A stretch of DNA of 62,254 bases, the filler included, from Basidiobolus ranarum (Eukaryota): assembly GCA_040143965.1 (NCBI GenBank). It is 4 parts of 4 records of this genome, joined end to end, with 100 filler letters (N's around TTAATTAATTAA, not from the genome) between each part and the next. Parts side by side here need not be neighbours in the genome. Positions count along the whole stretch, not along the records: positions 46,812 to 62,254 come from JASJQH010000378.1; 3 more parts are not named here. One strand, given 5' to 3'. Both the position numbers and the translations under genes were made by a program. Below are positions 50,266 to 62,254 of this stretch, piece after piece (position 1 is the first letter of the stretch; each line of letters begins with the position of its first letter). A model generated the notes under the pieces. It saw only the letters and a list, made by a program, of their open reading frames with translations. It searched no databases and had not been told where the DNA came from.

Positions 50266-50660
50266 ATGTCTGCCGCAAATAATCAATACAAAGACCGCAA
50301 CTTTATTGCCGTTATTGGTGATGAGGTTCCATTTTTCTTATACCACAATATTGTAATTGAAGTTATAACTAAAAAGTGATATTGGGTTTTAGGACACCGT
50401 AACTGGTCTCCTCCTAGCTGGTGTTGGGCACATCGACTCTAGACAAAAGTCCAATTTCTTAGTAGTTGATGCTAGTAAGTTTTTTTATTGCTGATGATTT
50501 AGCACCTTTTTCTAACCATCAATATGTTTATTATATCACCTCAGAAACATTTATTTATCCTCTGATCACTTGCCAATATGCACTTACCAGTATTCATAAT
50601 TCATCCACTACCTCCTCTTTCTTTGATTGGTGGTGTTTAGCAAATTATTCTTTATGGTAA
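50266..50660 (+). pseudogene. VMA7: Truncated/chimeric V-ATPase subunit F copy
   Basis: Exon 1 MSAANNQYKDRNFIAVIGDE and exon 2 DTVTGLLLAGVGHIDSRQKSNFLVVDA are clear subunit F. After the third acceptor (50544) homology stops at KT, and the conserved ILINQ/EIPSK segments are missing. The frame runs on in unrelated sequence to TAA at 50658-50660. Confidence 0.72.
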
Positions 50661-50950
50661 GTCCAACCTCTCTTTGAGTTTCTCACCATGTTTGCTTTAC
50701 AGAGTGGAAAACTCGAGATGAAGCGGATATGAATTCTTACATGCTAATAGCCTAAAGCCGAGAAAAAACTAAGCGAATATACTATTTGTAAGGGCAATTT
50801 GAATATCAGGTACGTCTCCAGCGAAAACTATTATGTACATCTAGCAGTACGTGCAATATGGGGTTACAAAAGCACTTGGTGTCAGAACTTGTATTCATAT
50901 AGATCTAAAGATGATATCCTCGAGTGGGACTAAAAATATCTGCTCTTCAC

Positions 50951-51036
50951 ATATCTACTGCCTGTTAAATAGAGGGCTAGGGCTGTTTTCACAATATCTG
51001 CTGCCTGTTAAATAGAGGGTTAGGGCTGTTTTTAAA
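50951..51036. repeat. Imperfect tandem duplication, 2 x 43 bp
   Basis: ATATCT(A/G)CTGCCTGTTAAATAGAGGG(C/T)TAGGGCTGTTTT repeated. Confidence 0.88.
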
Positions 51037-51737
51037 ATATGACACTTGCTATCCAAATTCAAACTAGCAGTGTTATTGTATGCAATATATCCAAATACGG
51101 TCCAGATGCGGTATTTTTGGCGAAGCAATGTTTCCATTGTTTACTACTCAATCACAACGGTTTCAATTTGTACTTGGGTTTGTACTCCGGGATTATCCAA
51201 TTACCAACTCTAGTACGTTCTAGGGAAGGGAAAGAGAGGAGGGAAGAAAGTGGGGAGGTGGCCTTTTTATCCAAGTCCGCTCTGTACCTATACGATCCTA
51301 TAGTAACATATAGTATAGTAGCTAATACTAACCCTAACATTGACTATCTGCTACCCTAATCTGTAACAGTACCCGAATCTCCAATTTCTATGGATAAACT
51401 CTTTATACATCGAACTAGATAAACCCTAAGCCTATACGCCCACCTAGCCGCACGTGTTACCCATCAATTTATATGCTTGAACTAATAACTGATTCCTATT
51501 AGCTCAGATTCCATTAGTTGATTCCATTAGGTCTATCTACAAAGGTTTTCTCTTGTAGTTGGGCCAGTTTTACCCATTCTAGATATCCCTTATTCTCTTG
51601 TCGTGTTATTTACGACATCTGATTGATAGCTCGAGTCGTGTTTTACCTTTAACTTTTTATATTCATAAACTAAAGGAGAGAGATAGTTTGCCTCTTCACA
51701 TTGAAACTATATATTTTTACTCCCTACCTACAAGCAG

Positions 51738-54262
51738 ATGGATCTTAAACCCTCTTCTCGCCTAAAGCCTTATCATTCAATGTCAGATTTTCGAACACAA
51801 GCTGGTTTTAGCTCTTCTACAGCGACAGTAGATTCAGACGTCGGAAATTCATCCATTTCCATCCCCTCCACTTCTTCCATCACCACTCCAACTCCTTCGT
51901 ATTCCTCTGTTCTCCCTTCGAAATTCAAGACCTTTTTACGCCTTGGTTCCAAAAAGAGCTTTTCGAGTGATAAAAAGAGCCCAACTACTGAGTCGGCCCC
52001 ATCATCACCTTCGAGTACTTCTGCAAAATCAAGTCTGGGAACCATGTTACCGCAAGCTTCTGTGTCGAGTATGATCGAGGGAAGTAGTAAAGATGAAAAG
52101 GTTTTGCGTCGTTGTCGTTCGGAAGCTGTCGATCTTAGTAGTAAAAACAAAGGTATAACGAAAGGTTTACGACCGAAAACGAATAGTTTCTCCAACGTCA
52201 GTACCGTACGAAGAACATATTCTTCCAGTTCTATCAAAGTCAAGTCAGTTGTGGTGGAACCTAGCAGTTTTGTCAAACTGAAGTTACTTGGAAAAGGGGA
52301 TGTGGGAAAAGTTTACCTTGTAAAACAGAAAAACTCTGACAAATTATTCGCCATGAAAGGTAGGATATCACTGGGATTTCTATGTTGTGAGCATTTTGTC
52401 TAACGATTCTTTAGTTCTATCCAAGAAAGAGATGATCAAACGGAAAAAAGTGAAAAGAGCCCTAGCAGAGCAGGTATATTAACTGAACATATTCTTAGCT
52501 ATTCTATAGCATCCATATTCACTTTTAAAAACTTTTGATCCATAGGAAATCCTAGCTTCTGCCAACCATCCTTTCATTATGACCCTGTATCATTCTTTCC
52601 AAAGCGAGGACTATCTATACTTCTGTATGGAATACTGTGTTGGTGGTGAATTCTTTAGAGGTACATTTAGAGACTCCATATTTCCAAGCTTAGTACGTCT
52701 ACTAACTCTGTCGACATTCTTCAGCTCTACAATCCAGACCTGGAAAGTGTTTATCAGAATCGGATGCTAGATTCTATGCCGCCGAAGTGACATGTGGTAT
52801 GTGAATAATTCTCCAAAGCGTAGTTGCATACGTATAACGAACATTCTCGGTCATATTTAGCACTCGAGTATCTTCATTTGATGGGTTTTATCTACCGTGA
52901 TTTAAAGCCAGAAAGTAAGCTTTGAAATATGCAGTACCTCATTTCTATAGAAACTAATTACATCGGTTGTATCAGATATCCTTCTGCATGCCAGTGGCCA
53001 CATCATGCTCACAGGTAGTGTCTGAACCTAGCAGAACATTGAATCTAGTAGATTTTTACTTATAAAATACTTAGATTTTGACCTTTCTAAACAATCGTCA
53101 ATCACAACACTACCCGGCGTATTTAAGCCTTCGAATTCACCCTTTTCGGTAAGCTAGTTTCATCTCGCAGGGTTAGCAACAATGACTTGACTTTGCCTTG
53201 GTTTTGGTCACTGCTTTGTCACTGATGGGTCTTGTCTATAATCATAACTCTAGATGCGAAACAATGCCCAAGCCCCTTGTATTGACACCAAAAGCTGCAT
53301 TGGTAACATGCGAACCAATTCGTTTGTAGGAACTGAAGGTAGATTTCTGTTTATAATGTATACGTAGGTGTTGAGTTTCCTGCTAACACAATCTTGTTTA
53401 GAGTACATTGCTCCTGAAGGTAAGTAAGTAAATAGAATATTCGGTGAGCTTTATTCAAACCCCGACGTATATAGTCATCCAGGGAAATGGACACACCAGT
53501 GCAGTCGATTGGTGGACCCTTGGTATTTTGTTGTATGAGATGCTGGTTAGTAATCCTCTCGAACTCAGTTAATGCAGTCATATCCGATACTAAAGTACTC
53601 TCAAAGTTTGGAACCACTCCTTTCAAAGGCCCTAACCGTAATGCTACCTTTTCGAACATTTTGAAAAAAGAGGTTCAATTCCCACAACATCCTCATTCTC
53701 CACAAGTAAGTTAATTCCCGAAGTTGAAATGATTATTTCTAAATACTAAATTCTAAATTCATCTTTAGATATCAAGGTTGATAACGAGTGATTTCTATCT
53801 ACCTATCGATTAATTCAAGCTAACAATTCCATCGTTTTTATCTCGAACACTTCTTTCAGGGACTGTAAAAGTTTGATTCGGAAGCTCTTACATAAAGATG
53901 AAAACCGACGCTTGGGAAGCAAAGCAGGGGCCTCTGATGTGAAGGCACATCCTTTCTTCAAGCATATAAATTGGGCGTTATTAAGACACACCACACCCCC
54001 CATCATTCCTAGGGTGAACGGAAACTTGGACACCGGCAACTTTAGGAAGATTTTAGAGAGCACCTCACTGGATATGGAAAACGATGAACCAATCTTGGAT
54101 GATGATGGAAGCAATCCCTTTGTTAACTTTAATTCAAGTAAGTTGATCTCGAAAGATTAGTCCCAACTCTACAGCTCCACATAACTGACATGGTAACACG
54201 TTTTATTCTTTATAGTAACCCTAGTCCACGACGGTGATGACGACGGAAGTAATTCATTCTAA
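51738..54262 (+). CDS. AGC Ser/Thr kinase of the Nrc-2/Fpk1/Kin82/Ppk14 (flippase kinase, phototropin-related) family, many introns
   Basis: [37 protein letters not shown] (the family's DFD variant), [38 protein letters not shown]. Stop at 54260-54262. Confidence 0.93.
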
Positions 54263-55174
54263 AAACTCCAATCAACCCACGCACCTCTTTGTTACCCCGC
54301 ATTTACCCCCCCCCATTGTATTCATGCCCTGGTCTTTTCTTTTTCTTATTGATCATTCCCTGGATTGTCACTTCCACACGGACATTTCAAATGAGATACT
54401 TTCCTTCACCTAATCTTGGAGTTTTGAAAAGAATCTATGTATTCCTTACTACCGAACCTTAGACCTTCTTGAAGTCACTTTATGGTCTTATACCGCCAAT
54501 GTGTCATTCACTTTCTTAGTAAATGTACAGTTTAACTTACACTTCAGTTGACAAGTTTGTAAATCGCCACTGTGACTGTCCCCTTTTATAATAAACCCAG
54601 TAAACACCAACATCTTATTGTAAAACTGAATCAATATGTGACATCAAGGAGATATCAACAATTGTTGCTTGTATAATGTTGATATGATCAACAACTCGAT
54701 CATTCATGGATGGGATTAGCCTATTTCTGCCTAGATTTCCATAAATCTCATGAAACTCTACATAACTCTGATTTTAGGTTCATGCTGGTGTAACCAGACA
54801 TATTCATGTGGATATATTCATGTGGTCTAGTGGTGTGGACAATATATAATTGATTCCAAGTAGGAAGCCACTACCATTTGTTGGTTTATAATCACCAAAT
54901 CGATTTCCATTCCACACGCACTCCCATCTCGTCCCTCACCTCTTTCATCATATTTAGATTTAGGCTTAGCATAGATACTTAAATTTACTTAGAGACCAGA
55001 GAAAACCAGCACAATATTTCACTTTGGAGTCTTTTTCGAAGATAAACCCTTTAAAAACCCACCTTTAAATTCGTTTCTATTCTTTCGTATTAAGGTAAAG
55101 AGTGAGTTTTATACCAAGAGAACCACCATTATCCCCGTTTATACTCACCATACTACTTTATTTGACCCAGAATT

Positions 55175-55673
55175 ATGGGGAACTGTTGTTCTAGTGGTAC
55201 TACTTCAAGTGAGGAAGCAACTCGTGTTAATCCTAGTCATAGTAATTACCAAGGAAAACCAGTCACTTCCCCTCCCAAAGCACACCGTTTAGGTGGAGAT
55301 GGTAGTTCGGCAAGTGGAACCACCGGACCAGCTGATCGTTCAGCTATACTAAGTGCGGCGGAAAACCGAGCCAAAAAAGTAAGTAGTAAAAGAAAAGATA
55401 AATGAGAGGAGGTAGTTCCCTTTTGTTTTTAACCAAAGTTAATCATGACCTTTTCACATTTTCCTTAGGCTGAAAATAGGGGTATACAAGGAAGTGGTGG
55501 TAAACTTAGTAAACAATTAAAGGAGCAACAAAAGAATTCTTCCGCTCCAGATGAGTCTCAACAAGTCCCCGATAATTTAGTGGTAAGTTAAAAAATTCTT
55601 TCGTTTTGGAAATTTTCCCCTCCCATGTTAATATTCCACTTGTAAATGAAATTCTTAGTGGAGAATGGACTAA
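55175..55673 (+). CDS. SVIP-like small Cdc48/p97-interacting lipid-anchored protein, three exons
   Basis: MGNCCS acylation signal, VIM-type R-x5-AA-x2-R (RSAILSAAENR), then AENRGIQG and a terminal LVWRMD*, similar to the SVIP ending LRWTVS. Confidence 0.75.
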
Positions 55674-56676
55674 CTGACCTTGGAAGGATTGTTAAACTGT
55701 AATCATTTTGAATTTTGTTAGCTCCCCAATGTTATTTTAATTTCCTTCTAATTCTAACCTGGACCCCCCGATGTATTAACTTCAAGAATTCATTCGCATC
55801 CATGTTTAGCATCAAAATAATGAATGATTCTTGAATAAAGAAATCTTTATTTCAATATACTCATTTATGCAGTAAAGTTAATGCTAACAAGAATGCTCAC
55901 ATTAATAAAAGAAAAACATATGGAATGCCAGCAAATCTATCTGTAAAATCAAAAGAATGGTGATTAACAAAAATGTTTAAAACGTGGTTAATGTTTAAAA
56001 GTTAAGCTTACCTAGGGTTGATTCAAATAAGATCACTAGAGATTTTCAATCAACTCTGCAGTCAATGAAACCAGTGATTCTGATTGGCAAATGCTCAATA
56101 GGAGTAGGAGAATCCAAGAGAATTCTGAAGCGGTGAACGAACTAATCGGAAAAAAATGGAATTCTGCCGATTAATATCCAATTAGTATATATACATCACA
56201 TCCAAGATGATTGGTGTTCATCTTTCTCCATTAATGTTCAGTCAAAAATGGGGGGAGCATGACCGATATTCAAGATAAGGAGAGATCAAATATAGTATGT
56301 CACACACAACTGTTGGCTTGTTACAGAGGTGGAAGATATGTTACCAAAGAGAGTCGGACACCGCATGTATATATCGAGGCCCGTAAAATCTAGCAAAGTT
56401 TATCTAACAACAGATCATTATCTCTAGTCTTTGGATCGTAAACTTGATTTTATTTTAAGATCGAGGGAAGAGATGTCAATGTATAATGTAACAAATGTTT
56501 ACATATGGTGATGGAAGCTGTATATCCCAGATTGGGCGCGGAGAAGGAACGTTTTCTTGTATTCATTAACACGGATTAAAAAAAGCAGTATGTAAAGGGG
56601 TGAGTGATCTTAGGGACTTAGAAAAACGATAGACAAAATGTTGTGCTTGTACATGGTGGACGATATATGGGATGTG

Positions 56677-57701
56677 TCATTGTTCGATCCACTTGTTCAA
56701 TTCTTGGGAGATTTTGGGATAGATTTCATCGGATGTTCTACCGGACATGGTCGCAAGTACGCCTTTACGATCATAATATTCAAGTAGTGGCTCTGTTATT
56801 TCCCGATATTTCCTTAGTCTACTTTGAAATACATCCGGGTCATCATCAGGACGCTTGGATAACTCTTCTCCAGTAATGTCATCGTGTCCAGCTCTTTGTG
56901 GTGGATTATAAGTTAAATTATAAACACGTCCGCTAGGGATATGCACCCAACGATCCATAATTCTCTGCAGAATTACCTCCTCTGGAACATGAAGGTTGAT
57001 CACCAAGTTAAGACTCCGCTCGTTCTTCAAGAGTGTTGAATCCAAAGCTTGTGCTTGAGAAACTGAGCGAGGAAATCCATCCAATAACCAGTTTTGAGTT
57101 GGTGCCTGAAAATTGAACATTATGCTTAATTCAAGTCCAGCCATAAAAAGAATAGACAATAAAACTGTCAAGAATACTAGAATATACTTACATGCATCTG
57201 AAGCTCATTTAGTTCCTTGTCAATCAACTCGATCATGATATCGTCAGAAACCAGACCTAGATACACAATGATATAAAATTTAGAAAAAACTATACAATAT
57301 GACATAATATTTCTATTATTACCTCCAGAGGCCATGACAGTTTGGGCCATACGGCCAACCTCCGTCTCCTGTACAATGTTTCGGCGTAAAAGATCTCCGC
57401 TTGAAATGGGAAGTACGTTGAATTGATTTTGGATTCTTGAAGCTTGAGTACCTTTCCCAGCTCCCTAAAATAAGACATAATAAACTTGGTAAATTCATTT
57501 GCTACTTATTTAATAAAAGTAAAAGGAACTTAGTTTGAAACTTACCGGTGCACCTATTAATAACATGCGCAGCTTAGCCTCACCATATGCAGTCTGAGGT
57601 TTTAAGTGACTGACATATTGAGGCTGGGCTATCTCCGAATTAACGAAAACGGTTGTTGAATAAGTACGACGAAAGAGTGAAGAACGTAACGTAGAGAACA
57701 T
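56677..57701 (-). CDS. Mitochondrial adenylate kinase / GTP:AMP phosphotransferase (AK3/yeast Adk2-like), four exons
   Basis: Presequence MFSTLRSSLFRRTYS; LLIGAP|GAGKGTQ; SSGDLLR; WLLDGFPRS; RWVHIPSGRVYNLTYNPP..DDITGEELSKRPDD lid. Confidence 0.93.
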
Positions 57702-60700
57702 AGGTGGTATGTTTGTTAATAATCCCAGTGTGTGAATAAATATTAAAGGAGAACTAGAAAGGCTTCTTAGTAGAACGATTACTTGGCAACGTATTGACTC
57801 AAGAGTGTATGTATGGAAGGTGGTTATTTCTAAAGGGCTCAAAAGAAATACGCAATCGCTCAAGTAGGCAATAATAACTTTACACCTGGATACCACTGGA
57901 GGTAGATTAGCAACAGAGAGGCACAAATATTTTGGCGTAGTGTATTCAGTCTAGTATTTAAACTATTATCCGCTGGGGCTAGGATAAAAAAAAGCTCCTG
58001 TAGCCCCGGAATAATCCGTAACGTAAAATATTATCGGAATTACGAAGAATCCCTCAAAAATCAGGAGCTAATACAACACAGTAATCGAGCTATTGTTCAG
58101 CGTCAATGCCCAGAACAACAATCCGAAATTCAGAAAACGTCAACACCTGGATTCACAAGCAAGTCACGAGTGAGCATCAAGGGAAACTCACACGAATCTG
58201 CCGTTTTGCTGAAGTTATGTAATGTGAAATGATCACGTGAAAGCATACATACACTGGTATAATATGGTTTGTGCTCTGAAATTAGATCTAGGCAGTTTCG
58301 TGGATATATGGCAACATATACGACTTGGCTAGCTTTGCTGTGGCTCAATAGAGAAGATCTCAAGGATAGGCCTAATATACATAATGCCCAATATACATAA
58401 TCTGATGAATATCGATAAGCCAACTAAGGGTCCTCAACAAAAAACCTGTTTAGCAATGCAGCATTGACATCATACTCGCGATCTACAACTATCTGTAGTG
58501 ACTGAGTGTGAGAGCACATGACCCATGAAATTATCAGAAGGTTCGCACGAGCGGAAAAACCAGTGATTGAAAGCCAAGGAAGATATTCTATTCGTTCCCA
58601 GGAATGTCGGACTTCGGGCTTACCTTCCCGGCTATATAGTGATGCTATATAGTGATGCAATCAGAACAATTGGTGTGCTTGGAAGTAAAATTTCATAAGC
58701 TTACACTAGAGTAATAAAAGGCCAGTATTTTGCATATTACTTTATTTCCTAAAGGCATTGACTTGGACATGTCCATGGTCAATAGTAGAGTCTATTAACA
58801 GTCAGTATCTTCATCACAGATAAAAATACAGTCCATGATTAAACCTCTACAGGCACAGCACCATAGTTGAATTTCTACAGGCATAACCTGTCAGCTTCAT
58901 GATTGACTTCTTAAATACAATTAGTCAGCTTCATGTTTGAATTTATTGGCTTCTTAAATATAATCTGTAGCATAGGGACTTGGTCGATCAAAGTAGCATA
59001 CATATACAGGTTAATGTGATATTAAATGTTGGAAATGTTGGCAAGAGTGAGCGTGAGCGTGAGATAACAATGGCCAGATGCCTTCTTTATTTCAAGCTTC
59101 CCCAAATTGCTGTGTCATGTCGAAGTTATTACCAATTCAGGGGCATCTGAAGACTGATTCACCTGAAAATTCCACTCATTTCGTGCTTGAAGGAAAAGGA
59201 GACCATTGTTGATCCTCGTGCCCAATATAATGGTCTATATTAAATATGATTCATCATTATCAGGATGTCAAACTATCTCTATTGGCCAAGTTTTCACTAT
59301 TAAGACTTGTACTTATCGCTAGATTAAGTGATACTGAGATTGCGGAACAAGGAATTACTCTAAAATTTGACCAATCATACGTCCTCATACTACTTAATGC
59401 TTTCAGCCTATTGTGATCAAACCTACCCCGCTCAGGTACATCCTGTCATGAACACTATCCGCAAATTTCCATTCGCGCAACATCTCACCCCAATGAGCCC
59501 TAAATTCCTGCTTAAAGAATCACATGATTCACAACAACAATGAAACTCTACTAGGTGAAATATATATATCTTGCGCGGTTTAGTCCTCTCGAAGCTAAAC
59601 TATGTTAAGTGGACCTAGACGAAAGACGGAATTCCTTCGAAGATCTGCATTAAGGAGGCATTAGTATGTGGGCTTTAAGACCAAAACTAGGCATAAGTGC
59701 GGGTGACTAGGCTACTCCACAAGTAAATACTATTATGACTTAATAGCTCATAATTGAGCCAAATCTACCAAAACTACTGTGCTATAGCTCAACGAGCAAA
59801 GGTACGACTCCACTCGGGAAATACATCAGCTTGTAATGATAGAGTATGTTTCAAGATACAGAGGTTTGGAATCGGTAGAGTAGTATATCTATATGTAAAA
59901 CATCTACGCTGTTGCCCACCTTGTAGATCTTGAACGTTACCTAGTGGTTTAGTCGGGTTAGAAATAATATCGGTAGGGTATTTTACCAAGCAGGTGAGGT
60001 AGATCCGATCCGATCCGATCAAGATAAGCATGTATATACTGTGCTTCCATTCACTTGCCCTCCTCTCAGTTTTCGCTTATTTGCTAACACGAAACAATGA
60101 TCCTTGGATCACTAGTTCGCATTTCTCGCGAAAAGTACAAGGAATCCAAGATACAAAGGTAAACGCAAGCGAAGATCCTATCTCAAGAGACTTACTAGGA
60201 CGGTCTCTTCGGCTTTCCATTCAGATTACCCCATTCCTGCTTATCGTTCCAAGAATGAATTGTAAACTCTGCACCCCACTTGATTAGCTTAACACGCTTT
60301 GTCTATATCTTCCAAAATGGTGTTTCTTCTTTTAAAAAAAGAATAGGCGTTTATACAGATCTCATTAGAAATTTATCAACATTGAATTTCTTTAATCCTA
60401 ACCAATTGAGGATTTCGCACCTCAAATATCCAATGGATTCGTGAATAGATGATCATTGGATGTTGATTTGTTGAAATCTTATTTTACATGAAGGCCATAC
60501 ATCATATATGATGATCAGGATCAAGTTCAAATGCGTTGTTACCCTGGCTAAACATAATCCACCAATCCTAGTCAGAAAAAAAGAAAAAAAGCCCCGTATT
60601 TTGTAAGGGTGAAAAATTTTGAACTATTTATCAAGTGGCAATCCGCTGGCATTTTTGTTCTGGCTTTCCAAACTCTCTTCCCTGTCCCATATTTCCAAAT

Positions 60701-60834
60701 ATCCTAGTTCGGTAACGTTTGAAGTCCTCAAAGCCTCTTGTTACCAACTCCATTTTTTTTGTTTCTCTATATAATTTTCTTCGTTAAGTGGTGGTTTATT
60801 CGATTTATTTGAAGGTTATTATATCTTAACTAAG

Positions 60835-62254
60835 ATGCCTCCTTCAACACCTAAAGTTTTATCCCTCTACGACTCTGGGTTCGTTTTATTTCCAGACAAC
60901 GACTCCTTATCACTCAATTCCCCTCCACCCCACTCTCCACCACCCCTCTCCCCTACCAATAATATTACGAACTTTTTTTCTTCACTTTCGCGGAGAAGCT
61001 TTAGTTCTCGCGTAAACCCTATAACACCAATGGCGCCCCCTGTCACTAGTGAAAATAGCTTATTTTCTTATTCTCCTTACGCCCAAAGAGAGATGCCTCC
61101 TGGTATGGGTATGGATCACACTCGTTCTGATGTTAACTACTCTGGATATTCCCAAGAGGACGCGTTAGCTCGTTTTGCTCGTATGTCCCTCGACCAACAT
61201 TCACTTGTATCTCATATGCTTCCTCCACAAACCAACTTCGACATGTATGCTTCCTCCGTTCGTCCTATCCTTGATCCTATTCCTGGTCTAGATCAGCCTT
61301 TACCTATTTTAAATAGATCTGCCTCCGCCTCCATTTCTTCTTCTTCTTCCGACCCCGCTATTCACGACTCTCGACCTTCTGCAAGTAATTTTATTCTTCG
61401 CTCTTTGGTAACCTCTAAAGACGCTGGTATTATTATCGGAAAATCAGGTCGTAACGTAGCGGCTTTGCGGGATTCTACTGGCGTCAAAGCTGGTGTGTCA
61501 AAAGTTGTGCAAGGAGTGCCTGATAGAGTCCTTTCCGTAACTGGAACACTCTTAGGTGTCGCCAAGGCATATTCCATGATTGTTCAAGCTCTATTAGATA
61601 ATTCACCTGATGCTCAAGAATCTGCTTTTACTAATCCCGCATCTGCGGACGGTAAAACCGGTGTCATTAGACTATTAATCTCTCATAATCTTATGGGCAC
61701 GGTTATTGGTAGACAAGGTGTTAAGATAAAGCACATTCAGGACCTCTCCCATGCTCGCATGGTAGCCTCAAAAGAGCTATTACCTCAAAGTACTGAGCGT
61801 GTAATCGAAGTTCAGGGATCAATCGAAGCGATCCGTATTGCTGTGCAAGAGATTGGAAAGTGCTTGATTGAGGATTGGGAGCGTGGTGCTGGTACAGTCC
61901 TTTATCACCCTGCTAATGTTGCTGGTCTGGGTAGTAGAGATCGTGAAAGATTGGATCGTGAGCGTGAATTCACTAAAAGATCTATCATCAGGACTGGTTG
62001 TGGTACCGACTTTAACCGCCCTGTTCCCGTAGAAGATTTCTATGAAAACATCTCTGCTTCCAGGGACTCTTTTACAAGGGCCATGTCCAATAGCTCCAAT
62101 ATTACCTCTCGAGAGATCTCTATTCCAGGTGATCTTGTTGGATGTATCATCGGCAAAGGGGGTAGCAAGATCTCGGAGATAAGGAGAATGTCGAGTTCTC
62201 GTATTAGTATTGAGAAGGTACCAAGAGGAGATATTGGCGAAAGACGCTTTATCA
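60835..62254 (+). CDS. Triple-KH RNA-binding protein (Rnc1/Pbp2/hnRNP K-PCBP-like), 3'-truncated at the window end, no introns seen
   Basis: Open frame from ATG 60835 to the end (missing from the ORF track because there is no stop). KH GxxG loops IIGKSG, VIGRQG, IIGKGG; GVSKVVQGVPDRVLSVTG; LPQSTERVIEVQG. Confidence 0.92.
   Translation, partial: MPPSTPKVLSLYDSGFVLFPDNDSLSLNSPPPHSPPPLSPTNNITNFFSSLSRRSFSSRVNPITPMAPPVTSENSLFSYSPYAQREMPPGMGMDHTRSDVNYSGYSQEDALARFARMSLDQHSLVSHMLPPQTNFDMYASSVRPILDPIPGLDQPLPILNRSASASISSSSSDPAIHDSRPSASNFILRSLVTSKDAGIIIGKSGRNVAALRDSTGVKAGVSKVVQGVPDRVLSVTGTLLGVAKAYSMIVQALLDNSPDAQESAFTNPASADGKTGVIRLLISHNLMGTVIGRQGVKIKHIQDLSHARMVASKELLPQSTERVIEVQGSIEAIRIAVQEIGKCLIEDWERGAGTVLYHPANVAGLGSRDRERLDREREFTKRSIIRTGCGTDFNRPVPVEDFYENISASRDSFTRAMSNSSNITSREISIPGDLVGCIIGKGGSKISEIRRMSSSRISIEKVPRGDIGERRFI

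Noticed and set aside
57702-60834. Short ORFs and microrepeats (GATCC x3 near 60002, GTGAGC repeats near 59047) between the adenylate kinase and KH genes
   Set aside because: No coding signal or RNA-gene structure recognised; treated as divergent promoter/intergenic DNA.
1-62254. A single multi-gene system or biosynthetic cluster spanning the window
   Set aside because: The contigs are unlinked, and no NRPS, PKS, terpene synthase or defence-system core gene is present.

Overview
Eukaryotic, AT-rich, intron-dense fungal DNA. Short GT-AG introns, PacC, Dug2, an Nrc-2/Fpk1 kinase, a Git3/cAR-like GPCR and an animal-type INPP4 point to an early-diverging fungus, possibly Basidiobolus-like; that assignment is inference only. 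The window is not one locus. Three identical 100-nt spacers (44 N + TTAATTAATTAA + 44 N) divide it into four pieces of 15562, 15489, 15460 and 15443 bp, which look like unlinked contigs joined in order of decreasing length. Contig 1: P5B-ATPase (5' part), Dug2, two tandem LEA/apolipoprotein-like + TMEM14-like paralogs, PCF11, an SDR. Contig 2: PTR transporter (3' end), Tpr/Mlp1, a small spliced orphan, a forkhead factor, a small mitochondrial-type protein. Contig 3: TVP15-like, TVP18, macrodomain protein, a membrane protein with a bacterial-looking domain, INPP4, PacC, and a Pro/Gln/Tyr-rich N-terminus. Contig 4: 7TM receptor, truncated VMA7 copy, AGC kinase, SVIP-like protein, mitochondrial adenylate kinase, triple-KH RNA-binding protein (5' part). 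No rRNA, tRNA, CRISPR array or intact transposon was recognised. The best leads are the LEA-TMEM14 pair, the fungal INPP4, a candidate autoregulatory poly(A) intron in PCF11, and a PacC with no PalA-binding motifs. Family assignments are from remembered motifs, not database searches.
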